Shown one piece after another: positions 9,490 through 18,625 of a stretch of 64,000 nucleotides of DNA. The notes under the pieces were generated by a model. It did no database searches. It worked only from the letters and a program-made list of their open reading frames with translations, and was not told the origin of the DNA. The stretch lies in assembly GCF_019423025.1 (NCBI RefSeq), contig NZ_JAHZCD010000007.1; one strand, given 5' to 3'. This DNA comes from Haemophilus sp. (lineage in GTDB: Bacteria; Pseudomonadota; Gammaproteobacteria; Enterobacterales; Pasteurellaceae). The number at the start of each line of letters is the position of its first letter. Position 1 is the stretch's first letter. The translations under genes were made by a program, and so were the position numbers.

Positions 9490-10478
9490 TGATGAAGTCC
9501 ACTTTCCGTTGGGGAGTTTCCCTTATCATTCTGGCTTTTCTATTATGGGGAAGCCTGTTTTTGTATTATCCCATCGAAATTCGACCGCTTGCAGCTTTAC
9601 AAGCGCTCCTCCCCGATGGCGATGAAATTGCCAAAATTACGGTAACCGATTTACGCTTACCGCGCGCATTAGTTGGCATGATTTTAGGTGCCAATCTTGC
9701 GGTGGCGGGGGCGTTGTTACAAACCATTACGCGTAATCCACTAGCCTCCCCTACATTACTCAGCGTGAACTCAGGAGCCAGTCTTGCCATGGTGACCACC
9801 AGTGCGTTTAGCCCCTTGATTCTTTCTGGTTATAGCATTGCCTTAGTGGCCAGTATCGGTGGCGGTCTGAGTTGGTTTGTGGTGATGCTGATCAGCAACG
9901 GATGGAAAGACAACAGTGGGGATCGTAGCCGGGTGATTTTAGCGGGGATTGCTGTATCACTACTTTGTGCCGCCCTCACGAAATTGGTGCTCATTATCGC
10001 GGAAGATCATGCCTTCGGTATTATGAGTTGGCTAGCTGGCGGCATTGCACATGCTCGTTGGAATGAATTATTGACGTTATTTCCGTTCTTTATTTTGACC
10101 GCACTTTTCTGCCTGCTTTTTGCCAGTCGTTTGAATTTACTCAATTTAAGCGATGAATCTGCGCGTTCGTTAGGCATCAATCTCTTCCGTTTACGTTGGT
10201 ACGCTAACATCATGGCGTTATTGATTGTAGGTTCAAGCGTGAGTGTTGCTGGCCCAGTTGCCTTTATTGGCTTACTCGTGCCTCATCTGGCTCGTTACTG
10301 GATTGGCTATGACTTGCGAAAATCGCTCCCTATGGCGATGTTACTCGGTGCAATTTTAATGCTCGCTGCAGATACCATTGCCCGTGCGGTCAACTTCCCT
10401 AGTGAAGTGCCTGCTGGTGCGGTACTTGCCTTAATCGGTGCCCCAGTCTTTGTATTATTTGCCAGAGGAAGACACTAA
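9489..10478 (+). CDS. Iron-siderophore ABC permease (FecCD family)
   Basis: Motif LRLPRALVGMILGANLAVAGALLQTITRNPLASP. 1-nt TAATG overlap with the upstream gene. Confidence 0.9.
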   Translation: MMKSTFRWGVSLIILAFLLWGSLFLYYPIEIRPLAALQALLPDGDEIAKITVTDLRLPRALVGMILGANLAVAGALLQTITRNPLASPTLLSVNSGASLAMVTTSAFSPLILSGYSIALVASIGGGLSWFVVMLISNGWKDNSGDRSRVILAGIAVSLLCAALTKLVLIIAEDHAFGIMSWLAGGIAHARWNELLTLFPFFILTALFCLLFASRLNLLNLSDESARSLGINLFRLRWYANIMALLIVGSSVSVAGPVAFIGLLVPHLARYWIGYDLRKSLPMAMLLGAILMLAADTIARAVNFPSEVPAGAVLALIGAPVFVLFARGRH

Positions 10479-11461
10479 TGCGAATCTCTCATGTATCTTT
10501 TCGTGCTATCGGCTTTTATGTTATTACGCTTAGCCTGATGGTACTACTCTTTGGATTGAGTATTCGCCTCGGCACTTATACGCTTTCTTTTGAGGAAATT
10601 TGGGCGGCCTTTCAGCCTGACGATAAAAACTATTTTACCTTGATGGAATATCGCCTACCGCGAGCAGTGTTAGCGATTTTATTGGGTGGCGCCTTAGCGA
10701 TTTCCGGTGTATTAGTGCAAAGTGTGGTGCGTAATCCGCTTGCCTCTCCCGATATTTTAGGAATTAACAATGCTGCGGGGTTGATTGCTGTTTCGGTATT
10801 GATGTTCTTGCCAAACTTAGCATTTTACTGGATGCCGATTTTTGCCTTTTTGGGCGGTGTGCTCTCTTTTGTCATTTTATGGATCGTATGTGGTTTTAAC
10901 TTCCGTCCTATCAAAATGGCAATCATTGGGGTCGCACTGTCCGCATTGTGGGCAGCGATTAGTCATTATCTGATGCTCACCAATCCGGTCGAGATCAATA
11001 CAGCAATGTTATGGCTCACAGGAAGCTTGTGGGGGCGCAGCTGGTCTTATTTGAATGTGGTATTGCCATGGTTACTGGTATTGCTGCCCTTGCCATTTAT
11101 TTTCTGTCGCGATCTCGACACCCTTGGTTTAGGTGAAAATAAAGCCTCCACCTTGGGTGTAACCGTAAATAAAGTGCAAATCAGCGTTTTAGTGCTAGCG
11201 GTGGCCCTTTCCACTACAGCCGTGGCAATTTGTGGTCCAATTGCCTTTTTAGGCTTGGTTGCGCCGCATCTTGCCCGTCGTTTAGTCGGTGGCAGACATC
11301 GCACCCTATTACCGGCAGCCTTGATTATTGGCGCCCTCTTATTACAACTTTCGGATATTTTGGCGCGGGTGATTGACCCACCAACTGAACTACCAGCGGG
11401 TATTCTTACCGCGATTATCGGTGCGCCATATTTCTTCTACTTATTGATGAGAACTAAATAA
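10478..11461 (+). CDS. Iron-siderophore ABC permease (FecCD family), second subunit
   Basis: Motif YRLPRAVLAILLGGALAISGVLVQSVVRNPLASP. TAATG overlaps at both ends. Confidence 0.9.
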   Translation: MRISHVSFRAIGFYVITLSLMVLLFGLSIRLGTYTLSFEEIWAAFQPDDKNYFTLMEYRLPRAVLAILLGGALAISGVLVQSVVRNPLASPDILGINNAAGLIAVSVLMFLPNLAFYWMPIFAFLGGVLSFVILWIVCGFNFRPIKMAIIGVALSALWAAISHYLMLTNPVEINTAMLWLTGSLWGRSWSYLNVVLPWLLVLLPLPFIFCRDLDTLGLGENKASTLGVTVNKVQISVLVLAVALSTTAVAICGPIAFLGLVAPHLARRLVGGRHRTLLPAALIIGALLLQLSDILARVIDPPTELPAGILTAIIGAPYFFYLLMRTK

Positions 11462-12228
11462 TGAGCATTGAAATCAATAATTTATCTTTAGGTTATCAAG
11501 ATAAACTCGTGGTTAAAAATCTGTCGCTAAAATTCCCGAAAAATAAAGTGATTGCGTTAATCGGCCCAAATGGTTGCTGTAAGTCCACCACATTAAAAGC
11601 GGTGGCTCGATTGCTTAAGCCAAAGCAAGGCTCAATCACCCATAAAGGTCAGGATATTTGGCAAAAAAGCCCTAAAGAATATGCCCAAGAATTGGCTTTT
11701 CTCCCGCAGCAACACTTAGTGCCAGAAGGGATTAAAGTACACGAATTGATCGCTTACGGGCGTTCGCCTTACTTAAACCTCTGGGGTAAACTCAGCCAAA
11801 AAGATGAAGAATTGGTTAATTGGGCGATGACACAAACACAAACTGCCGAACTCGCCGAACAGTTAGTTTCCGATTTATCTGGTGGTCAGCAACAACGGGT
11901 ATTTTTAGCTATGACTCTTGCGCAAGATGCTGAATTAGTGCTACTCGATGAGCCGACTACTTATCTAGATTTAAACCGCCAAGCTGAACTCATGGGCATG
12001 ATGCGACAAATGCAACAAAACGGCAAAACCGTGATTACGGTGTTGCATGACCTCAACCAAGCCTGCCGCTATTGCGATCACTTAATCGTCATGAAAAAAG
12101 GTGCAGTGATGGCACAAGGTACGCCTGATGAAGTGATGACCGAAGGGTTGCTGAAGGATGTGTTTGATTTGGATGTCATCATTCATCGTGATCCTATCAG
12201 CAACACACCGATGTTTATTTTGAAATAA
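11461..12228 (+). CDS. Iron-siderophore ABC transporter ATPase (FecE/FepC-like) with an atypical Walker A
   Basis: Walker A reads GPNGCCKST (usually GPNGCGKST). Q-loop LPQQ, signature LSGGQQQR, Walker B LVLLDEPT, H-loop VLHDL. Confidence 0.9.
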   Translation: MSIEINNLSLGYQDKLVVKNLSLKFPKNKVIALIGPNGCCKSTTLKAVARLLKPKQGSITHKGQDIWQKSPKEYAQELAFLPQQHLVPEGIKVHELIAYGRSPYLNLWGKLSQKDEELVNWAMTQTQTAELAEQLVSDLSGGQQQRVFLAMTLAQDAELVLLDEPTTYLDLNRQAELMGMMRQMQQNGKTVITVLHDLNQACRYCDHLIVMKKGAVMAQGTPDEVMTEGLLKDVFDLDVIIHRDPISNTPMFILK

Positions 12229-12266
12229 CGCTAAATCACTTCTCTAATATATCTCTAATATATAAG

Positions 12267-12300
12267 ATAGGCGTTTTATTTTACTAAAACGCCTATTTTT
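12267..12300 (+). terminator. Terminator of the iron ABC operon
   Basis: 12-bp stem ataggcgtttta/taaaacgcctat followed by a T-run. Confidence 0.8.
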
Positions 12301-12445
12301 CTATCTAAAACACCTGCGTTTATACGCAATTAATATTTTCCATCGCCCGCAAAGAGATCCGACCACTTTGCAAAGCTTACACTTCTTTACACTGTCTGAA
12401 ATAACGAAGCACTAGATAATTATTATTAATATAGTAGAACTTAAA

Positions 12446-14863
12446 ATGAAATCTCTAGCCCATGTCTTTAAGGCAATGCTATTAGCGGGTGTCAGTACCT
12501 CAGTAGCACAGGTTGCCTATGCCCAAAAATCCTCTGTTGATACCGAACGAGAAAATATCATCATTTTCTCCCGTCAAGGAGATACCCAATTAAATCAAGC
12601 TATTCCAAAACTTGAGACCTTATTTAAGAGGACTCACGATGTAAAAGTGCGCGATGATTTAATGACACTCTATCTGAGGACGAATCAATCCGCTAAAGCA
12701 CTTTCACTTTGCGAAAGCTGCGCACCAGCGCAATTTTCCCAAAATGAACTCGAAAATTTAGGCAAAGCCGCTCGAAATGAAAAACAATACGATCGTGCCG
12801 TTGCATTCTATTCCCAATTGCAAAAGCAATACCCTGATAATCCAAATGGCTGGCTTGGTGGCGCATTAGCTTTCACAGAAACCAAAAACTACAATGCGGC
12901 AAAAAATGCACTGAGTGTTTATAAAAAACGTTTTGGACAAGATAATGCCTATCTTGATGCTGAGAGTTATTTGCTTGATTTCACTGAACCCGATATGGCT
13001 AAACTTGGCCGTTGGCAACGTCAGTTAGAACAAAATCCGAAAAATATCACCTTAATGAGAGAGTTGTATCGTTTAGCATCAAAATACAACCTTCTGCCAT
13101 TACAAGAGAAACTACAAAAAGCCTATCCAGATCAATTTAATCAAAAAGACATGATGTGGTTTGAGCATGGTAAGACGATTACCTCCTCAAAAAATGCGAC
13201 AACGCCTGCACAGCAAGAAAAATCATTTGAAGAATTGACCGCACTTTTGGCTAAAATTAACCCTGAACATCCTTTGTATCAACAAGCATTGCAAGATCAT
13301 TTTGTGATGGGTGTCCGATTGAATAAATTTGATGAAATAGAGGATGACTTCAATACATTACAGGCTCAACCTAATGTGCCCGCGTATTTAGAAGAAGCCT
13401 TTGGTGATTATTGGGCAGCAAAAGGCTCACCACACAAAGCATTAGCAATTTATCAATCAATTGAACAACAAGCCTTAAACAATAAACTCGCTGTGAGCGA
13501 TGGCTTACTTCATAAACTCTCTCTGACCGCAAGCGATGCAGGCAAATTTGAATTGGCGCAACAATATTTAGAGCGTATGAATTCAAATATTTATATCAAT
13601 GACTATACCCGAACATCAAAAATTCTGAATCCAGGCTACGATTCTCGCTATTTTGGTTTGGCACGTTTAGCTTTATGGCGTGGTAACAGCAAATTAGCTC
13701 AGCAACTTATTGATGATCGTCTATTTAACAAAACGCCTGGTGACCCATGGGTTATGTTGCAAAAAGCGGAACTTGAGCGAAATCGTGGCAACTATGATGA
13801 TGCCAAATTATGGGCGGAAAAAGCCGGTTATTTTTTGAGTAAAAATGATCAGCAAGAAGCTCATAATAACCTGGCTGAAACCGCCTTAAGTCAAAATGAT
13901 TTACCAACAGTTTCAAAAACGATTGATGCAATGAATGAAGAACAACGTCAGTCAGCGCAATCCCTTATTAAGCGTTATGAACAAGCGCGTTCTGGCAAAA
14001 TTGTAGGGAGCGTCGGCATACAGCATCGCACTTCACCAATAAGTTATAGCAATGAAAGTAGTCAAGATTATGCGATTTACACACCGAAAACAGCAAATGG
14101 TCACGATCTCTACGTTCATTACTTAGAAACACGCTCTCCTTATGATAAAGAAAGTCTCATTTCTCGCCGAATTGGTGTGGGAACAGAGCTCAATTTCTAT
14201 CCACTCCAAGTAAAAATGGAAAGCGGGAAAGGCATTAAGCTTAATGATAAAGCCTATTTCTCTACAGAGGCAAATTATACGCTCAACCAACATTGGTCAT
14301 TTAATTTAGACGCTAATATTAATGGTAGTGGCACACCGGTTAAAGCCATCAATAAAGGTGTGTATACCAAAGATATTGGTTTCTCTACCACGTATTCCTA
14401 TTCCGATATTTTCCAAGCTGGACTAGGTGGTGGCGTCATGAAATTTGATGACGGCAACTTAAGAAAAGAAGCCAATTTCTGGTTGAATCTCAATACATTT
14501 AAACATGACCGTTGGGCGCTAACCAACAATTTCAGAGTCGATTACAGCAAAAATAAAACCATTGATTCTGCAGAATATTACAACCCATCAAAAGCGACAA
14601 GCTTGGAATTCGGTGCGGATTTAAGTTACTACCAACCACTGAATTATGGCTTAGTCTTAAATCATCACCTGAAAGCCAGTGTGGGTGCTTATAAACAGGC
14701 AGAACTCAGTCGAGAAAAAATGTGGTCGATAAGTTACGGACACCAATGGCGTGTTGGTAAAAAATTTGGCGTGTCTTATGAAATTGGTCGTAAAAAGAAT
14801 ATTTACGACGGCAGTGCTGAATTCAACAATTTCGGAAATTTAAACTTCTCTATTTATTATTAA
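12446..14863 (+). CDS. pgaA: Poly-beta-1,6-N-acetylglucosamine export porin PgaA
   Basis: 805 aa. Signal peptide, TPR-like N-terminal half, beta-barrel-like C-terminal half ending NFSIYY. First gene of a pgaABCD-ordered operon. Confidence 0.88.
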   Translation: MKSLAHVFKAMLLAGVSTSVAQVAYAQKSSVDTERENIIIFSRQGDTQLNQAIPKLETLFKRTHDVKVRDDLMTLYLRTNQSAKALSLCESCAPAQFSQNELENLGKAARNEKQYDRAVAFYSQLQKQYPDNPNGWLGGALAFTETKNYNAAKNALSVYKKRFGQDNAYLDAESYLLDFTEPDMAKLGRWQRQLEQNPKNITLMRELYRLASKYNLLPLQEKLQKAYPDQFNQKDMMWFEHGKTITSSKNATTPAQQEKSFEELTALLAKINPEHPLYQQALQDHFVMGVRLNKFDEIEDDFNTLQAQPNVPAYLEEAFGDYWAAKGSPHKALAIYQSIEQQALNNKLAVSDGLLHKLSLTASDAGKFELAQQYLERMNSNIYINDYTRTSKILNPGYDSRYFGLARLALWRGNSKLAQQLIDDRLFNKTPGDPWVMLQKAELERNRGNYDDAKLWAEKAGYFLSKNDQQEAHNNLAETALSQNDLPTVSKTIDAMNEEQRQSAQSLIKRYEQARSGKIVGSVGIQHRTSPISYSNESSQDYAIYTPKTANGHDLYVHYLETRSPYDKESLISRRIGVGTELNFYPLQVKMESGKGIKLNDKAYFSTEANYTLNQHWSFNLDANINGSGTPVKAINKGVYTKDIGFSTTYSYSDIFQAGLGGGVMKFDDGNLRKEANFWLNLNTFKHDRWALTNNFRVDYSKNKTIDSAEYYNPSKATSLEFGADLSYYQPLNYGLVLNHHLKASVGAYKQAELSREKMWSISYGHQWRVGKKFGVSYEIGRKKNIYDGSAEFNNFGNLNFSIYY

Positions 14864-14884
14864 ATACTTAAGCGGTATAACTTT

Positions 14885-16801
14885 ATGAGATCTCTAAAAC
14901 ATTTTGCAAAAATCATTATTTGCACGCTTTCCCTTTTTTCGGCTTTTGTCTTTGCGCAAGATCGTTATGGCGTATTAGCTTATCACTCTGTTGTAGATGA
15001 AAGTGCGGCTGAAAATCAAAAACATTATTTTCCTCAAACGATTTCAGCCCAAACCTTAATTAAACATTTTAATTGGCTAAAAGAAAACGGATACAACGTG
15101 ATCAGTTGGCAGCAAGTTATCGATGCTGAAAATGGTAAAGGCACATTACCTGATAATGCGGTATTGCTAAGCTTCGATGATGGCTATGAAACCATGTATA
15201 ACGTGGTCTTTCCTCTATTAAAGGCCTATAACTACCCTGCTGTTTTTGCGCCAGTGACAGGCTGGTTAGATACGCCGGCAGATCAAAAAATCGCTTATGC
15301 CGATAAAATGTTAGATCGTTCCGTTTTTGCCACTTGGTCGCAAGTCAAAGAAATGGAACAAAGTGGGCTCGTTGAAGTAGCCTCACATACTCATAATCTT
15401 CATAACGGTATAAATGCCAACCCATCTGGTGGTCAATTACCCTCAGTGATTGCACCTGAATATAAAAACGGAAAATATGACACTGAAGATGCCTACAAAA
15501 ACAGATTGAAATCTGATTTCACTCGTTCTGTTCAAACGTTAGTCAATCATATCGGTAAGAAACCACGTGTCATGGTGTGGCCTTATGGACAATTTAATGA
15601 TGTTGCTGTGCAACTTGCACAACAAGCAGGAATGCCACACTATTTCTCATTAGGTGAAAAAATCATCAATAAAGTGGGCGATAAACATATTGGACGCTTA
15701 TTACTTAATGCAGAAACCGATCTAAATACCGTTAAAAACTATCTTGATGGCATTGATGAAAGCAAACAAATTCAACGAGTACTGCATGTCGATTTAGATT
15801 ATGTCTATGATGCGGATAAAGCTCAGCAAGCCAAAAACCTTGATAAGTTAATCGACCGCATCTATCGCTATGGTGTGACGACAGTTTATCTTCAAGCATT
15901 CTCTGATCCCGATGGGGATGGTGTAGCGGATGCCTTGTATTTTCCAAATAAATACCTTCCCGTACGAGATGATATTTTTGGCCGAATTGCCTGGCAATTG
16001 CAAACGCGCGCTGGCGTACAAGTCTACGCTTGGATGCCTATACTCGCCTTTGATTTACGAAAAGGCGTAAAAGAGGCGGAATATGTCATTGATAGCCGCA
16101 CGGGCAAGCCTTCAACAAAGGCTTATTTACGCCTTTCACCTTATAACAAACAGAATGTTGAAATCATTAAATCCATTTATAACGATTTGTCATTCTATGC
16201 CAAATTTAATGGCATTTTATTCCACGATGACGCGTTCCTAACCGATTTTGAGGGCGCAGAAGGTGATCATGCTGAAGGTATGGTTAGCCCGCAAGCAAAA
16301 CAAAAAACACAAGATTTAATCCAATTAACCCATCAACTCACCGATGCGTTAAAACCTTATTTCTTGCGTGGTTCATATTCTCTTAAAACGGCTCGTAATC
16401 TTTATGCATCAGTGATCACAAATCCAAATGCAGAAGAATGGTTGGCACAAAACTTAAAAACGCTCACCGACAATTACGATACCACTGCCATCATGGCGAT
16501 GCCATACATGGAAAATGAACAGCCTATTTCACAAAAAGAAGCCTATCAATGGTTTGCTTCTCTCATTGAAAATGTGAAAGCCCAAGCGCCATTAGATAAA
16601 GTCTTATTTGAATTCCAAGCGGTGAATTGGCGAACTCAAAAACCAATTCCTGAATCCGAATTGATTGATTGGATGACGCTATTACAAAAAAATCATATTT
16701 ATAGCTATGGCTACTATCCGGATAACTTTTTAACAAACCAACCGGATATGAACAAAATGAAACCGTATTTTTCCGTAAATACGAATGCAGGGAAAAAATA
16801 A
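14885..16801 (+). CDS. pgaB: PGA N-deacetylase / export lipoprotein PgaB
   Basis: Signal peptide. CE4 deacetylase motif LSFDDGYETMYN. Large C-terminal glycoside-hydrolase-like domain. Correct operon position. Confidence 0.9.
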   Translation: MRSLKHFAKIIICTLSLFSAFVFAQDRYGVLAYHSVVDESAAENQKHYFPQTISAQTLIKHFNWLKENGYNVISWQQVIDAENGKGTLPDNAVLLSFDDGYETMYNVVFPLLKAYNYPAVFAPVTGWLDTPADQKIAYADKMLDRSVFATWSQVKEMEQSGLVEVASHTHNLHNGINANPSGGQLPSVIAPEYKNGKYDTEDAYKNRLKSDFTRSVQTLVNHIGKKPRVMVWPYGQFNDVAVQLAQQAGMPHYFSLGEKIINKVGDKHIGRLLLNAETDLNTVKNYLDGIDESKQIQRVLHVDLDYVYDADKAQQAKNLDKLIDRIYRYGVTTVYLQAFSDPDGDGVADALYFPNKYLPVRDDIFGRIAWQLQTRAGVQVYAWMPILAFDLRKGVKEAEYVIDSRTGKPSTKAYLRLSPYNKQNVEIIKSIYNDLSFYAKFNGILFHDDAFLTDFEGAEGDHAEGMVSPQAKQKTQDLIQLTHQLTDALKPYFLRGSYSLKTARNLYASVITNPNAEEWLAQNLKTLTDNYDTTAIMAMPYMENEQPISQKEAYQWFASLIENVKAQAPLDKVLFEFQAVNWRTQKPIPESELIDWMTLLQKNHIYSYGYYPDNFLTNQPDMNKMKPYFSVNTNAGKK

Positions 16802-16810
16802 GGATTGATC

Positions 16811-18052
16811 ATGAACCAACAATTCTTAGAAGCAGTGAGTATCTTCGTATTCATGTATCCTGCCGGAATGGCAATATATTGGGTTACTGCAAGTCTCTGC
16901 TATTACCTTTTCATGGAAGGAAAACTCGGGCAACCGACTTTCCAACAAATGCCCAAAGAACGCGTTCCTATGGTCAGCATTATGGTGCCTTGCTACAACG
17001 AAGGGGACAATCTAGATGAAGCTATTCCTTACTTGCTCCAACTCAGATACCCAAACTATGAACTGATCTTTATCAATGATGGCAGTAAAGATAACACTGG
17101 CGAAATTATTGAACGTTGGGCAAAAGAAGATGAGCGAATCGTAGCTCTTCATCAAGAAAACCAAGGTAAAGCCAGCGCATTAAACCATGGCTTATTGGTC
17201 GCTAAAGGGGAATATGTGGCCTGTATTGATGGCGATGCCGTATTAGATTTTGATGCTATCGACTATATGGTGCAATCCCTTGAATTAAACCGCACTTATG
17301 GTGCTGTTACAGGCAACCCACGCGTACGTAACCGCAGTACCATCCTAGGTCGCTTACAAGTGTCTGAATTTAGCTCCATTATTGGTTTAATCAAACGCGC
17401 TCAAAGCCTGATGGGAACCATCTTCACGGTATCTGGAGTATGCTGCCTATTTAGAAAAGATGTAATGGAAGAAATTGGTGGTTGGAGCACCAATATGATC
17501 ACCGAAGACATTGATGTCAGTTGGAAAATTCAAACAGCCGGTTACAACATCATGTATGAACCCCGTGCTTTATGTTGGGTATTAATGCCTGAACGTCTAT
17601 ATGGTTTATACAAACAACGTTTACGCTGGGCACAAGGTGGCGCAGAAACCATCATCAAATATTTTCCTCAGGTCTGGCGATGGAAAAACCGCCGTCTATG
17701 GCCAATGTATGCCGAATATTTTGTTACCGCAACTTGGGCAATCTTATTGGTTGTACTGGTTGCGCTTGCACTATACCGCAAGATTACCTTAGGTATAGGT
17801 ATTCAAAACATGGAGCTGTTTGAAACAAATATCTCGATCATGTTTTTTTCCTTCTTCTTACAGTGTCTCTTAAGCTTATACATCGACTCTCGTTATGAAA
17901 AAGGATTGATCCAATATGGAATTTCTTGCATTTGGTATCCCTACGTTTATTGGTTACTCAATACGGTAACGTTACTCATTGGAATCCCAAAAGCGATTTT
18001 TAGAAACAAGTCCAAATTAGCTGTATGGACAAGCCCTGACAGAGGAGTTTAA
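16811..18052 (+). CDS. pgaC: PGA synthase, family-2 glycosyltransferase PgaC
   Basis: Motifs VSIMVPCYNEGDNL, CIDGDAVLD and RLRWAQGG (QxxRW). Close to E. coli PgaC as I recall it. AAGGA RBS before ATG 16811 (the track start at 16805 is a TTG). Confidence 0.93.
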   Translation: MNQQFLEAVSIFVFMYPAGMAIYWVTASLCYYLFMEGKLGQPTFQQMPKERVPMVSIMVPCYNEGDNLDEAIPYLLQLRYPNYELIFINDGSKDNTGEIIERWAKEDERIVALHQENQGKASALNHGLLVAKGEYVACIDGDAVLDFDAIDYMVQSLELNRTYGAVTGNPRVRNRSTILGRLQVSEFSSIIGLIKRAQSLMGTIFTVSGVCCLFRKDVMEEIGGWSTNMITEDIDVSWKIQTAGYNIMYEPRALCWVLMPERLYGLYKQRLRWAQGGAETIIKYFPQVWRWKNRRLWPMYAEYFVTATWAILLVVLVALALYRKITLGIGIQNMELFETNISIMFFSFFLQCLLSLYIDSRYEKGLIQYGISCIWYPYVYWLLNTVTLLIGIPKAIFRNKSKLAVWTSPDRGV

Positions 18053-18055
18053 ATA

Positions 18056-18331
18056 ATGGCAACCGCCACTTTACAACAATTGATGGTTATTAATAAAGGT
18101 AGCAGCCTTCCCTTGCTGATTAAAGCCAAAAGCTTTGTACTAGATATAGTTACCTGGGCTTTATGGGCTTATATCATCACTTTTGTCGCGAGATATGCGG
18201 AACGCATCTTCACTAAACCGATTCTGGAAAGTTTCTTTTTCGTTGATGTGATAAGCATAATGTTTTCTGTCTCTGCGGTATTGGTTATATTGGCTTATAT
18301 TTGGTCTATTCTCACCGTAGCAAAAGAATAG
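18056..18331 (+). CDS. pgaD: PGA synthesis accessory membrane protein PgaD
   Basis: 91 aa, two TM helices, 3 nt after pgaC. Position and topology fit PgaD, but sequence similarity alone is weak. Confidence 0.7.
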   Translation: MATATLQQLMVINKGSSLPLLIKAKSFVLDIVTWALWAYIITFVARYAERIFTKPILESFFFVDVISIMFSVSAVLVILAYIWSILTVAKE

Positions 18332-18354
18332 CTCGCAAAAAACTTAATATAAAA

Positions 18355-18394
18355 AACCGCACTTTGGTTTTTAAATCAAAGTGCGGTTATTTTT
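18355..18394 (+). terminator. USS-pair hairpin terminator after pgaD
   Basis: aaccgcactttg ... caaagtgcggtt followed by attttt. Confidence 0.7.
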
Positions 18395-18546
18395 ATGGGA
18401 ATTTTAACTCAATAGACCAGAATACCTCATATCTAAACAGACTTTCTTTATTTATCGTAAGCATAATACTTTCTGTATTACCCCTGTAATATTCGCTTAA
18501 TTACTATTCCCCATATCAAAAGATGTCACTCACATAAAAATTGAAG

Positions 18547-18595
18547 ATAAAGAAAACCGCACTTTGATTTAAGAACCAAAGTGCGGTTATTTTTA
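18547..18595. terminator. USS-pair hairpin terminator after pckA
   Basis: aaccgcacttt ... aaagtgcggtt with A/T runs on both sides. Confidence 0.7.
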
Positions 18596-18625
18596 GAGAT
18601 GTTTAATTAGATTCTGTTTATCTAA

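Noticed and set aside
12241-12262. Tandem 11-mer tctctaatata x2 after the ABC ATPase gene
   Set aside because: There are only two copies, in AT-rich intergenic DNA just before the terminator. That is too short to call a functional repeat.
12229-12445. CsrA-binding GGA motifs in the pgaA leader, as in E. coli
   Set aside because: I could not find GGA-in-loop motifs near the start codon by eye, so no claim is made.
18301-18489. 62-aa ORF after pgaD
   Set aside because: It reads through the USS-pair terminator hairpin and AT-rich spacer. It overlaps the pgaD 3' end out of frame and has no RBS.
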